A DNA stretch of 64,000 nt from Patescibacteria group bacterium (lineage in GTDB: Bacteria > Patescibacteriota > Microgenomatia > UBA1400 > PJMF01): positions 18,571 through 82,570 of the forward strand of contig JAHDXH010000001.1 in NCBI GenBank assembly GCA_023382875.1, given 5' to 3'. The notes beneath the pieces are model-generated. The model saw only the letters and a program-made list of their open reading frames with translations, was not told where the DNA came from and did no database searches. Positions 17,722-27,028 of this stretch are shown here, piece after piece (within the stretch, counting starts at the first letter, position 1; the number at the start of each line of letters is the position of its first letter). Both the position numbers and the translations under genes were made by a program.

Positions 17722-18522
17722 TTGATGACCGAGTTGATCATAACTTTTAGAGAAACTTTAGAAGCCTCATTAATCGTAGGAATCGTTTTAGCATATCTTT
17801 CCCAAACAAATAGACAGTTTTATAACAAAATAGTTTTCTTGGCCGTTGGCGCTGCTTCTTTGCTTAGTGCAATTTTGGCTATTATTTTCAATAATTTTTT
17901 AGGTGGTTTTACTGGCCGCACTGAGGAGATCTTTGAGGGTTTAATCATGATTGCTGCTTCTATTATGGTTTCTACAATTGTGATTTGGATGATGAGGCAA
18001 AGTCATAGTTCAGGGCAGATTAAAAAACAAGTAGATTCTCATCTGGAAAAAAGCCAAGCGTTTGGTTTATTTGGTTTGGTATTTTTATCAGTTTTAAGAG
18101 AAGGTGTAGAGGTGGTTTTGTTCTTGGGAGCCAAAAGTTTGATGAGTACAGAAAATTTTGGCTTTGCCTTATTAGGCATGTTGGTGGCAATTATAATTGG
18201 CTTGCTGATTTTTAAAGTCGGTGTCAAAATTAGCTTGAAACCTTTCTTTATGTTTTCAAGTATTTTTCTTATTTTGTTTGGAGCAGGTTTATTTGCTCAT
18301 GGCATTCACGAATTAGAAGAAGCAAAGCTGGTTAATCCTGTAGTCGAACACGTTTGGGACATTGGTAGATTTTTGAGCGAAAGTAAAGGTTTTGGTTTGT
18401 TCTTGAAAGATATTTTTGGCTATAACGCCAACCCTTCGCTTACGGAAGTTGGCTCTTATATTTTTTATCTTAATGCTCTTTATCTTTATTACCTATTAAT
18501 TAGTAAAAGAACATCACTATGA
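17722..18522 (+). CDS. FTR1/EfeU-family iron (or lead) permease-like membrane protein
   Basis: Two RExxE motifs in TM helices (FRETLEASL near the N-terminus and LREGVEVVLFLGA mid-protein). 266 aa with about 7 TM. Confidence 0.6.
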   Translation: MMTELIITFRETLEASLIVGIVLAYLSQTNRQFYNKIVFLAVGAASLLSAILAIIFNNFLGGFTGRTEEIFEGLIMIAASIMVSTIVIWMMRQSHSSGQIKKQVDSHLEKSQAFGLFGLVFLSVLREGVEVVLFLGAKSLMSTENFGFALLGMLVAIIIGLLIFKVGVKISLKPFFMFSSIFLILFGAGLFAHGIHELEEAKLVNPVVEHVWDIGRFLSESKGFGLFLKDIFGYNANPSLTEVGSYIFYLNALYLYYLLISKRTSL

Positions 18523-19346
18523 ATGATCAAAAAGTTCTTCTTCATGTAGTTTGTGACTATGCCCCAGCTGGCATGGAATTTGGTGAGATTACCACTCGCT
18601 TGGATCACGATTTGGCTAATCCAAGTAACGTGAGAATTCATACAACTTCAGTTCCATCTTTGGATACGATGGCCGTAGGTTTTGTGACCGCGCAATATGC
18701 TTTGGCACCATACAATGGCCGTATGGTTATTTATGGCAACGCTGCTCCTCGCCGTAGTTCTGATAAAGCTACCACCAATAATATTGACCACGGTATTAAA
18801 TACGCTAAATTGAAAAATGGCGTGGAAATTATTAACGTTAACTCAGAATTTGCTTTCGGTTTCATGAAAGATCAGATTGTTGAGTTTTATAACATTGATT
18901 GTCCAAATAGTGGATCTCAGTTCCGCTCTCGTGATTTTTTCCCAGAAAGAGTGGCTAAATTAATCAATGGCGACAGAAGTGTCTTAACTGAAAAACTTAA
19001 TATTGATGATATTCCTGAGGTACCCAATAACTTAGTTGCTTGGACTGACGGTTTTGGTAATATTAAAACCTCCATGAGACTTTCTGATTTGCAAAAACTT
19101 GGTTTTGAATCGGGCGAAAGTGTTCAAGTGATTTTGAACGGTGTTTCTATGGTTGGTGTAGTTGGGGTTGGCGGCTTCAGTGTTGATCGCGGTGTTTTGG
19201 CTGTTAACATCGGCTCTTCTGGTTACGATGATCCATTCATTGAACTCTTCCTTCGTGTTCACCACATTAGTGAACAAGCTGCCGCAGTAAGATTTAATTA
19301 TCCAGAGGGTGGTACGCCATTTGAGCTAAAAAAATTAGCTAGATAA
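18519..19346 (+). CDS. DUF62 family protein (SAM hydroxide adenosyltransferase / halogenase-like fold)
   Basis: Recalled similarity to archaeal DUF62 proteins: HTTSVPSLDTMAVGFVTAQ, GRMVIYGNAAPRR, RDFFPERVAKL, TDGFGNIKTSM and LAVNIGSSG. The ATG overlaps the stop of the FTR1-like gene (ATGA). Confidence 0.5.
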   Translation: MNDQKVLLHVVCDYAPAGMEFGEITTRLDHDLANPSNVRIHTTSVPSLDTMAVGFVTAQYALAPYNGRMVIYGNAAPRRSSDKATTNNIDHGIKYAKLKNGVEIINVNSEFAFGFMKDQIVEFYNIDCPNSGSQFRSRDFFPERVAKLINGDRSVLTEKLNIDDIPEVPNNLVAWTDGFGNIKTSMRLSDLQKLGFESGESVQVILNGVSMVGVVGVGGFSVDRGVLAVNIGSSGYDDPFIELFLRVHHISEQAAAVRFNYPEGGTPFELKKLAR

Positions 19347-19359
19347 TTTTAAGTTGAAA

Positions 19360-20541
19360 TTAATGATGATGCCCGCCGTGATGGTGGGCATCTTTTTTTG
19401 ACTCATCTTCAGGATCAAGTTTAGTTTTAGTGAAAACATAGGCGGCTAAGGCAGTTGCGAGTGGTGCAGCAAAAATCAAACCAATACTGCCAACCAGCAT
19501 TTTGACAATTTCCTCTGCCACCAATTCAAATTCTAAAATATCAATGAAGCCTTTGTTTGAGCCAAAGAAAAGTAAAAGCAGCGGCAATGAGGCTCCGGCA
19601 TAAACTAAAACTAAAGTATTAACCATTGATGAAATATGATCTTGGCCGACCTTCATACCTTTTTGGAAAAGTTTTAAAAAGCCAATGGCAGGATTGGTTC
19701 TTTTGATTTGTTCGACAACGGAAGCTTGACCAATGGTCACGTCATCTAAAATACCTAGTGTGCCAATGATAATTCCGGCCAATAGTAAGCCCTTAATATC
19801 AATCGTGCCATGTCTTTCGATTTGTAGGAATCCTGCTTCCTCGCTGGCAAAGCCGGTCAAATAGGTCTGTTTGATAAAAATGAGAGCTAAGGTGCCAGTA
19901 AAAGCCAAAGAAATTAGGGTGGTAATAACACCGACATGAGTCTTTTTGTTAATACCGTGAGAAACGTAAAAAGTGGCGGGGATAATGACGGCTGCACCGA
20001 TGAGTGTAGAAATAACCGGATTGTAACCATTAATAATCATAGGAATAATCTGGTAAAAAATTACCAAAAATGAAATACAAAGTCCCACTAAAGACATCAT
20101 GCCCCAAATTTTTCCGATGGCTAAAACAGCGATAATAAAAAGAAGTGTTAATCTAATTAGTCCATGTCTCTTGATTTTCCCTTGAATAATAAACTCTGGT
20201 TGTTCACTTCCATCGAAGTAGCTTAAACGAATTTTATCGTTGGTTTTGTAGTTTTCATATTGAGCGGTAATATCCACACCTGCGCTCGAATTTTTAACCA
20301 AGAACACTTGGTCTTTGTATTCTGAGTTGGTTAATTTCACTTCTAATTGCTGATATGGAACCAGTTCGCCATTAAACGATTCTTTGCCTGTTTCTTTGAC
20401 CTTAATGACCACGCCTTCTGCACTCACAGGTTCTGCTAAAGGCTCTGTGGTTTGTGCAAATGCCTGACTTTTGAAGCCAATTAATATGGCTACACAAGTG
20501 AAAAAAATAAATAGGTTTTTTTTGAAACTTTGAAAAGTCAT
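19360..20541 (-). CDS. YibE/F-family membrane protein with signal peptide, extracytoplasmic N-domain and a C-terminal His-rich tail
   Basis: Signal peptide ending AFAQ. Roughly 130-aa soluble domain, then multiple TM helices. C-terminus DAHHHGGHHH. Confidence 0.55.
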   Translation of the reverse strand: MTFQSFKKNLFIFFTCVAILIGFKSQAFAQTTEPLAEPVSAEGVVIKVKETGKESFNGELVPYQQLEVKLTNSEYKDQVFLVKNSSAGVDITAQYENYKTNDKIRLSYFDGSEQPEFIIQGKIKRHGLIRLTLLFIIAVLAIGKIWGMMSLVGLCISFLVIFYQIIPMIINGYNPVISTLIGAAVIIPATFYVSHGINKKTHVGVITTLISLAFTGTLALIFIKQTYLTGFASEEAGFLQIERHGTIDIKGLLLAGIIIGTLGILDDVTIGQASVVEQIKRTNPAIGFLKLFQKGMKVGQDHISSMVNTLVLVYAGASLPLLLLFFGSNKGFIDILEFELVAEEIVKMLVGSIGLIFAAPLATALAAYVFTKTKLDPEDESKKDAHHHGGHHH

Positions 20542-20569
20542 GCTTTATTTATTTTAACATTTGCCAAAC

Positions 20570-21217
20570 TTATAGCCAGTTAAGTAGTTTTTGAACGATT
20601 TTGGTTTGTTTTTGCAAGCGCTTTTTTGTCCAGACGAATTGACTGTTTTTATATGCAGAAGGTCTGGTTTGAAAAAATAAAAATGCCTTGCCTAATTTTT
20701 TAGTCAAAGTGCTGACATAGCGTCTTTTTGCTAAGAGTGGTTTTAATCTTTTGGCGCTTAGAATATCCAAGTCATCAATGTCTCGAAGGATCTTAGCTTC
20801 AATTGTTTTTAAGGGAAAAAATTGAAATTGTGAATGCTTGCGAATGGCGTAGCCAATTTTTTTAAGGGTTGCTGAAGGCAGGTGATGTTTGTTGTGGTGG
20901 TAAAAAATTTTGAGGGAACCAATACCTTCATAAACCTGATAATAAAATAGTTTGATTGGGTTGAGTGATTGGCGTCTCCCCTTCCAAACATCATGCCAAC
21001 AAATGGCCGGCAAAAGAATAGAAAAATCAATTTTTTCTTGGTGCTTTTTTAAAAATATTTCTAAATGTTTGAGGAGCCTGCCGATATGATGGTGGTCATG
21101 AATTGGATCGGGGCTTTGTGCCATTAACTTTTCTCCAGTTTTACAAATGGCAATAATTTTTTTGGACAGTTTGATTTGGGGATGGTTTTGTAAAAACTTT
21201 TCTATATACATCAACAA
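20570..21217 (-). CDS. hypothetical protein, possible HD-type metal-dependent hydrolase
   Basis: His-rich stretches PDPIHDHHHIGR and ICWHDVWK. Weak call. Confidence 0.35.
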   Translation of the reverse strand: MLMYIEKFLQNHPQIKLSKKIIAICKTGEKLMAQSPDPIHDHHHIGRLLKHLEIFLKKHQEKIDFSILLPAICWHDVWKGRRQSLNPIKLFYYQVYEGIGSLKIFYHHNKHHLPSATLKKIGYAIRKHSQFQFFPLKTIEAKILRDIDDLDILSAKRLKPLLAKRRYVSTLTKKLGKAFLFFQTRPSAYKNSQFVWTKKRLQKQTKIVQKLLNWL

Positions 21218-21259
21218 ACCATATCTTAAGTGAAATTATCAAAAATAGCAAAACCTGCA

Positions 21260-21291
21260 AAAAGAGGGTCGTTGATAGACCCTCTTTTTTC
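21260..21291 (-). terminator. bidirectional intrinsic terminator AGAGGGTC-gttgata-GACCCTCT flanked by an A-tract and a T-tract
   Basis: Perfect 8-bp stem at 21263-21285, then TTTTTT. Serves the minus-strand ORF ending at 21302. Confidence 0.6.
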
Positions 21292-21301
21292 GTAATGAAT
21301 G

Positions 21302-21649
21302 CTACTTCAATTTTTCCGGTGGGAAGCGTTGGTCGAGGCTGCCTCTGCCTCTAGTATTGAGGGTAATACCCCCATTTTCCGCATAAGCTGTCATCACTTG
21401 CCACACGCTCTTCGCTTTGCTCAGAGATTCAATCGGATATGACAGTCGCCAAACAGTTATTGTGTGTTCAAAGTTGGCAACGCCACTCGTAATCAAATTC
21501 TGCAAAACCAGAATTTTGAAGTTGAGATATTTCTTCTCTCGTTCTGATTTCCCTGCCTTTCTTGCTTGGTATTCGTCCATCAGCAATTTGAGTTGCTTGA
21601 CGCGATACGCCGGCACTCTGGGCAGGACGATATCTGGATACGCGACCAT
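21302..21649 (-). CDS. orphan hypothetical protein (115 aa) with locally elevated GC
   Basis: ORF with its own terminator. About 45% GC versus about 36% around it. No recognisable motif. Confidence 0.35.
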   Translation of the reverse strand: MVAYPDIVLPRVPAYRVKQLKLLMDEYQARKAGKSEREKKYLNFKILVLQNLITSGVANFEHTITVWRLSYPIESLSKAKSVWQVMTAYAENGGITLNTRGRGSLDQRFPPEKLK

Positions 21650-21736
21650 GTCAAAAATCTCCTTAAATGACTATTCGGTCGAAGCATTCAGTACTGATTA
21701 TAGGCTTTATCTTGAGTAAAGTCAAATGTTATAGGA

Positions 21737-22996
21737 TTAGAGTGGCTGAGACCCGGCAATTTCTTCCATGCCCTTAAGATCCATTCTTATTTTTCTAGGA
21801 GTAACCATCAAAACGATAATAGAAACTACCATCAAAATCATCGCAAACAGCCCCATTGTTCTTCCATAGCCAAGAATATCAGCGGTAAATCCAGCAAGGA
21901 TTGGGCCTATGATGTAGGCAATACTAGATGCTGAACTTCTTAGTCCAACTAAATCGTTTTCATAGCCATCAATCCTAGCAATATAATCTTCGAAAACAGC
22001 TTCAATTTCTGGGTAATCAATGGAAATAAATAGAGCGCCAATCAAAACGAAGATGGTTAGTAATGGACTGCCTTCCCCCAAAATGAAAGCACCTCCGCCC
22101 ATAATGGCAGAGCCAATGACGGCAGAGACAAAGGCAATTCTTTTTTTGCTGACTTTGGGACTAATTTTTTGAATGATGAAAGGTGTTAAAAGCGAAGGTA
22201 ATGTATAAGCAGGGAGCAACAGAGCTCCTAGCCAACTATGCTCGACAATTTCTTCTGAAATCAAAGGGCCAACAGTCCAAAAAGATGTATCTAAAATTAC
22301 GAGCGCTAAGAAAAAAATGTAAACTGGCCAGATTCTCTTTAATAAAAGTTTCCATAAACGAAGCTCTACTTTGAAAGTCCGGCCAGCTAGGATTTCGGTT
22401 GGTCGCTCATGTTTTTTACTGATGAATTGTAGGATCAAAAAGAAAACTCCTGCCACCATCAAACTAGCAATGACTGCTCCAAGCATCAAGCCTCGAGAGT
22501 GACTAAGAAAAATGCCTGCTGCAACTGGACCAACCATAAATGCAAAAGCATGAACTGCACTAACTACACTCCACGCTCTGGCGTGCTGGTGAGTATCGAC
22601 GGTTTGATGAATAAAGTTGAATTGGGAAAAAGCAGAAAACTCATAATAAACTCCCCAAATAGCCATGGCCGCAAAATAAGTTAAAGTCATTGCTGGCAGC
22701 ATCAAAAAAGTGAGCGGGAAAAGTGTGGCTAAAATAATCAGCCATTTTACAAAGAAGCGATAGTCGTAGTGTGGAAAAAACTTAGAAATTAGCAGATCTG
22801 CAACTAAACCAACTGCAGATGAGCTACTCAAAACCAATCCCATTAAAAAAGCATCTTGGAAGTGATTTTCAATTTCCACAGGTGAGAAATAAGACATGAT
22901 GGCGTCACTAAAGGAGAAGAAGAAAACAATCATGCCAAAACAAAGCATATAAATCGATTGTTTTGACCATGAAGAGCGAACAAAAGGATTTGCCAT
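21737..22996 (-). CDS. MFS transporter
   Basis: 419 aa, 12 TM. Loop motifs typical of the major facilitator superfamily. Confidence 0.75.
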   Translation of the reverse strand: MANPFVRSSWSKQSIYMLCFGMIVFFFSFSDAIMSYFSPVEIENHFQDAFLMGLVLSSSSAVGLVADLLISKFFPHYDYRFFVKWLIILATLFPLTFLMLPAMTLTYFAAMAIWGVYYEFSAFSQFNFIHQTVDTHQHARAWSVVSAVHAFAFMVGPVAAGIFLSHSRGLMLGAVIASLMVAGVFFLILQFISKKHERPTEILAGRTFKVELRLWKLLLKRIWPVYIFFLALVILDTSFWTVGPLISEEIVEHSWLGALLLPAYTLPSLLTPFIIQKISPKVSKKRIAFVSAVIGSAIMGGGAFILGEGSPLLTIFVLIGALFISIDYPEIEAVFEDYIARIDGYENDLVGLRSSASSIAYIIGPILAGFTADILGYGRTMGLFAMILMVVSIIVLMVTPRKIRMDLKGMEEIAGSQPL

Positions 22997-23010
22997 AGGA
23001 TAAGAATATC

Positions 23011-23628
23011 CTATGCTAGTTCTTTGACGCGAGCAAGAAGGAGGTCAAGCGCAACGTTGTTATGACCGCCTTCGGGCACAATAATATCTGCATAGCGCTT
23101 ACTAGGTTCGACAAATTCTAAGTGCATTGGTCTGGTGAATTTTTTGTATTGATCAACGGTAAACTCAAAAGTTCTGCCTCTTTCTTTGATGTCTCTTTCA
23201 ATTCTTCTTAAAACTCTAATGTCTGGATCGGTATCAACAAAAACTTTTAAATCTAGCATATCTCTTAGTTCTTTGTTTTCAAAAAGTAAGATTCCTTCAA
23301 TGATGACGACTTTAGCTGGGGTAATATTTTCGGTTGTTTTTAACCTAGTATGGTGAGAGAAGTCATAGGTTGGCTTTTGTACGCTCTGGTTTTTGGCCAA
23401 CTCTTTGAGATGTTTGACTAATAAATCAGTTTCTAAAGAATCAGGATGATCGTAATTGGTCTTCTCTCTTTCACTCATCGGCAAATGGTCTTGATCTCGG
23501 TAGTAATCATCATGAGAGATACATAAAACGGAGTGGTTTTTTAAAACCTTGGTGAGATTGGCTACCACGGTGGTTTTACCAGAACCACTGCCACCTGTTA
23601 CACCAATGAAGAAAGGCTTTGACATCAA
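23011..23628 (-). CDS. udk: uridine kinase
   Basis: P-loop FFIGVTGGSGSGKTT at the N-terminus and uridine/cytidine kinase family layout. 205 aa. Confidence 0.85.
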   Translation of the reverse strand: MMSKPFFIGVTGGSGSGKTTVVANLTKVLKNHSVLCISHDDYYRDQDHLPMSEREKTNYDHPDSLETDLLVKHLKELAKNQSVQKPTYDFSHHTRLKTTENITPAKVVIIEGILLFENKELRDMLDLKVFVDTDPDIRVLRRIERDIKERGRTFEFTVDQYKKFTRPMHLEFVEPSKRYADIIVPEGGHNNVALDLLLARVKELA

Positions 23629-23739
23629 AGCATTTTAGCACGATCAAAACTGGCGGTAAATTTACCTATTTACTGATACTTTTTCTAAGTAAAAATAGCT
23701 CTTTATCATACTTCGTCATACCAAATGACTTGAAATTTT

Positions 23740-24987
23740 ATGTTAAAAAATGTTGAAAAATATCAGGGACATAGTCTGGAAAAAACAACGGCTTATCCAT
23801 TCAAAGAAATTATTAAAAACTCTGAAACTTTGCCAAATGGAGTAATTATTTCTAGGATGCCAGCCGAAGTTAGTGCTCCTCATCGGGTGTTTATGGCTCA
23901 GATGGTAGCGGCTCAACTTGGTCCATCCGTTTTGACATATCCGAATATTCCGATTAAGGCAGTGCATGAGGCTTTGCTTCAAACTGGAGTGGAGGGTCTA
24001 CCCTACTATGTTAATTCTTGTCCAGAAATTGACGATTTATTGCTGGGACGTCATGCAGATCATAGAACAGAGGCAGATCATGTTGGTGACACTTATTATT
24101 TTGATGTGAGTAGGGCAGGTATTTACGGCGCATTCAATCGAAGTTTGGGGTACATTGCTCATGCTGAAAAAAAAGTCAGAAATAGCTTTGATGATGTTAA
24201 CCAAAGTTGGGTGAAACAATATGGGGTAGGAGTTTGTGCTCCACTAATTTCATTTGAAAACTTAGTCAAATATGCGCGTGATAATGAGGCGAGAGCTTAC
24301 GCAATTCCAGTCACTTCAATTGCAGAATCTTTGCAAGTTGTTTCGGCAATGTTCCCTTTGGCAGCTTTAGAAATCATGAAAGTTTTGCAAAATGATTCGT
24401 GGGTTGGCGGCAATGGCTCTTTACGAGCTAAAAAATCATCACGACTTTACGAGTCGTTAGCCAAATTTATTAGAGAGAAAAATAGTGCCTATGCACTTAA
24501 TCAATTAATTTTTGGCCAAGCTGGATTAGACCAATTGATTAACTATTATATGGAAAATGTTGAAGAGAATTTTTACCTTGGGAGTAGCGCTGATGAAATT
24601 ACAAGAAACTTCGTGGAGCGAACACTGATTAGCCGCTCTCCCCATTCCCACCCATCCAATGGTCATCAGGCGGACGTTTCTGAAGTTGTGGTTAGGAGTT
24701 TAGATCGTCGTCTTAGTCCTATTCCTTGGGAAGCAATGGTTATTTTGGGTGACGGACAATCGACCTTTGAGCAATTGGTAAAAACTGCCAATTTACTAAA
24801 GTCAGCCCAGCCAATGATGGAGGTGGTGCTTATTTGCAACAACCAAGGTGATCCACTTAAATTAGACCATGTTGAAGGCATGGTTCCGTCATTGGCTGAA
24901 TATGCAGTGATGGGTTGGAGCAACCACTTTCTTGGTAGAAAATGTGCCCAGTTTGTTAATAAAGCTTCCAGTTACCAAATTACCTAG
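23740..24987 (+). CDS. hypothetical protein (415 aa, soluble, no recognisable domain)
   Basis: Long clean ORF. His/Asp-rich segment LGRHADHRTEADHVGDTYYFD. No family identified. Confidence 0.4.
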   Translation: MLKNVEKYQGHSLEKTTAYPFKEIIKNSETLPNGVIISRMPAEVSAPHRVFMAQMVAAQLGPSVLTYPNIPIKAVHEALLQTGVEGLPYYVNSCPEIDDLLLGRHADHRTEADHVGDTYYFDVSRAGIYGAFNRSLGYIAHAEKKVRNSFDDVNQSWVKQYGVGVCAPLISFENLVKYARDNEARAYAIPVTSIAESLQVVSAMFPLAALEIMKVLQNDSWVGGNGSLRAKKSSRLYESLAKFIREKNSAYALNQLIFGQAGLDQLINYYMENVEENFYLGSSADEITRNFVERTLISRSPHSHPSNGHQADVSEVVVRSLDRRLSPIPWEAMVILGDGQSTFEQLVKTANLLKSAQPMMEVVLICNNQGDPLKLDHVEGMVPSLAEYAVMGWSNHFLGRKCAQFVNKASSYQIT

Positions 24988-26021
24988 AATGAAATTTTGC
25001 CAGCATCAAACCAATAAAGCACAAAGTATCCAATCAGTAAAATAAGCCAGCCGACAATCTGCACTAAGTCTAAAAATCTACTCCAAGACATAGTTAAATT
25101 TTGACGGATAGTTTCATCGATTGAACTTAAGGAGCTGAGCTTATTTTTTACAACCTCTTGCCACTCATCGATATAAAACTCTTCGACAATAGTGCGATAA
25201 ATTTGCGATGAATACCAATCGCCAATTAGCAAAATTGATTGACTAGTATTTTCAAAATCTAAAAGTAATGATAATTGTGTTTTTACGACTTGGGTCAGGT
25301 TGGCTTGGTCATTGTTAATGAATTTGAATCCAGTTTGATTGAGTGTTTGGCGAAGCTTAGCGAGTGATTTGTCTATTTGAGCATCTAGCATACGATAACG
25401 AAGGATTTGATAATTACCGATGGTAAAAAGTTCAATATCTTCTTCGATTGTATGGCCAGAACTTAAAATAAAACTACCTTCCCAATCAATAATTGTTAGT
25501 TCTGATTCTGAATAATGAATTTTAGAAATTAGAGTGTTATCAATTTCTGATTGATCGAGTGGTTTGTGATATGTACGAATAAATTGAGCAATTATTCTGT
25601 CATTTTTTTTGACAAATTCAGCAAAGGGTTTATTGGCTTCAGGTAAGAGAACAATGCTGTATTCCTCTTCTATTACTTCATCATCAAGTTTGTAGCGTTC
25701 ATGCAGTAATTTTTTAATTTCTGTTTGAATCAAATTTTTCTTAGCAACATTTTGCTCTGATAGTTCAGTTGGCAGTTGGTAGCGGCATTCTACGGAAATT
25801 ACTTTGGAGTCAAAAAGTTTGCTAGAAAATTGAATAGCTATTGAGTCAATTTCTTCTCTCCACGCTTCAATTAAATTGACTTCGATATCTAAATCATAAA
25901 AATAAGGAGCATCTTTCGGTTTCGACTCAGGAACAGCCCACCCTTTTTTGTTTTGAGTGGTAGCTGGGAACATTAATAAAAATAGACAATCAAAATTGCT
26001 CATATGGTGATTATACTCCAA
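24984..26021 (-). CDS. hypothetical protein with a C-terminal TM helix, possibly DUF155/RMD1-like
   Basis: 345 aa. Single C-terminal TM (IVGWLILLIGYFVLYWF). Weak resemblance to DUF155. The true start may be an internal Met. Confidence 0.35.
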   Translation of the reverse strand: MEYNHHMSNFDCLFLLMFPATTQNKKGWAVPESKPKDAPYFYDLDIEVNLIEAWREEIDSIAIQFSSKLFDSKVISVECRYQLPTELSEQNVAKKNLIQTEIKKLLHERYKLDDEVIEEEYSIVLLPEANKPFAEFVKKNDRIIAQFIRTYHKPLDQSEIDNTLISKIHYSESELTIIDWEGSFILSSGHTIEEDIELFTIGNYQILRYRMLDAQIDKSLAKLRQTLNQTGFKFINNDQANLTQVVKTQLSLLLDFENTSQSILLIGDWYSSQIYRTIVEEFYIDEWQEVVKNKLSSLSSIDETIRQNLTMSWSRFLDLVQIVGWLILLIGYFVLYWFDAGKISF

Positions 26022-26024
26022 GGA

Positions 26025-26996
26025 TTACTTCAAAATTAATTGAAACAACAATCTAAGCCAAAGATAGTGTGACAAATAAATTTGGTATGAATATTTACCT
26101 AGCCAAATCAGTGGTGAAGGGAATGATTTAATTTTGGCAAAAGACCAAGTGACAAAAACAATGCCAATTGTGGCAAAAACCATGGTTGGATACTGAGTGA
26201 AGCGCAAAACATTAAGGGCATTCATGCCATCTTTTAATTTTTCCAAACTATAAAAACTAAGCCACAACCATGATGTTAATGTGGCGATAAATAGTGAAGA
26301 TTTGAAAAAAAGTTTTTGCTTATCAATCCAGGTGATAATTTTTGGTATATGGAAGCCCAGCACAAAATACCAAATCCAGTTTGGACTCCAAAAATATTGC
26401 TCGACGTCGTTGATGAAATATTTAAGATTGAGTGGAGCTTGATTGTGATAGCTAAAAAACCATAGCCAAGTTGTTTGAAAAATTAAGGCCGAGATTAAAG
26501 TTAATGTGGGAGCTTTTTTCCAGAGGAAAAAAAGCGCAGGAAAAATAATATAGAGTTGAAAAATCATGGGTATAAAATAAAGGTGATAATCAACTCTGCC
26601 CAAAATTAACAGTTCAATAAAACCACTAATGCTGCCAGTCATTTGCCAGCCATAGTAAAACCAAGCAAAGAAAAAATAAAAAACTGACCAAACAAGATAA
26701 GGTGGTAATAATTTGAATAATCTATTTTTGACAAATTCGCTCAAGTTTAGGTTTTTAAAATACTTTTGACTTAAGCCATAACCAGAAAGGGCAACAAAAA
26801 GCGGAACACTTAGACGGGTGAAGCGGTCAATGAAAACTGCTTGCCATTGCCAATCAGAATTATTCCAAAATGGTGACTGCTTGATCAATGAAAAGTAATG
26901 AATGACTACAACGGCAACGATAGCTAAGCCTTTGAGAACTGTGGTGGCCACAGAGTTTAGTAATAATTGTTTGGTCGGGTGATTTTTTGCAGGCAC
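26025..26996 (-). CDS. acyltransferase family 3 (membrane O-acyltransferase, OatA-like)
   Basis: 323 aa, about 10 TM. N-terminal conserved His in VVVIHYF. Aromatic-rich TM pattern typical of acyltransferase_3. Confidence 0.55.
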   Translation of the reverse strand: MPAKNHPTKQLLLNSVATTVLKGLAIVAVVVIHYFSLIKQSPFWNNSDWQWQAVFIDRFTRLSVPLFVALSGYGLSQKYFKNLNLSEFVKNRLFKLLPPYLVWSVFYFFFAWFYYGWQMTGSISGFIELLILGRVDYHLYFIPMIFQLYIIFPALFFLWKKAPTLTLISALIFQTTWLWFFSYHNQAPLNLKYFINDVEQYFWSPNWIWYFVLGFHIPKIITWIDKQKLFFKSSLFIATLTSWLWLSFYSLEKLKDGMNALNVLRFTQYPTMVFATIGIVFVTWSFAKIKSFPSPLIWLGKYSYQIYLSHYLWLRLLFQLILK

Positions 26997-27028
26997 ACTT
27001 TAATTATATTTGAGTTACAGTAAAAAGC

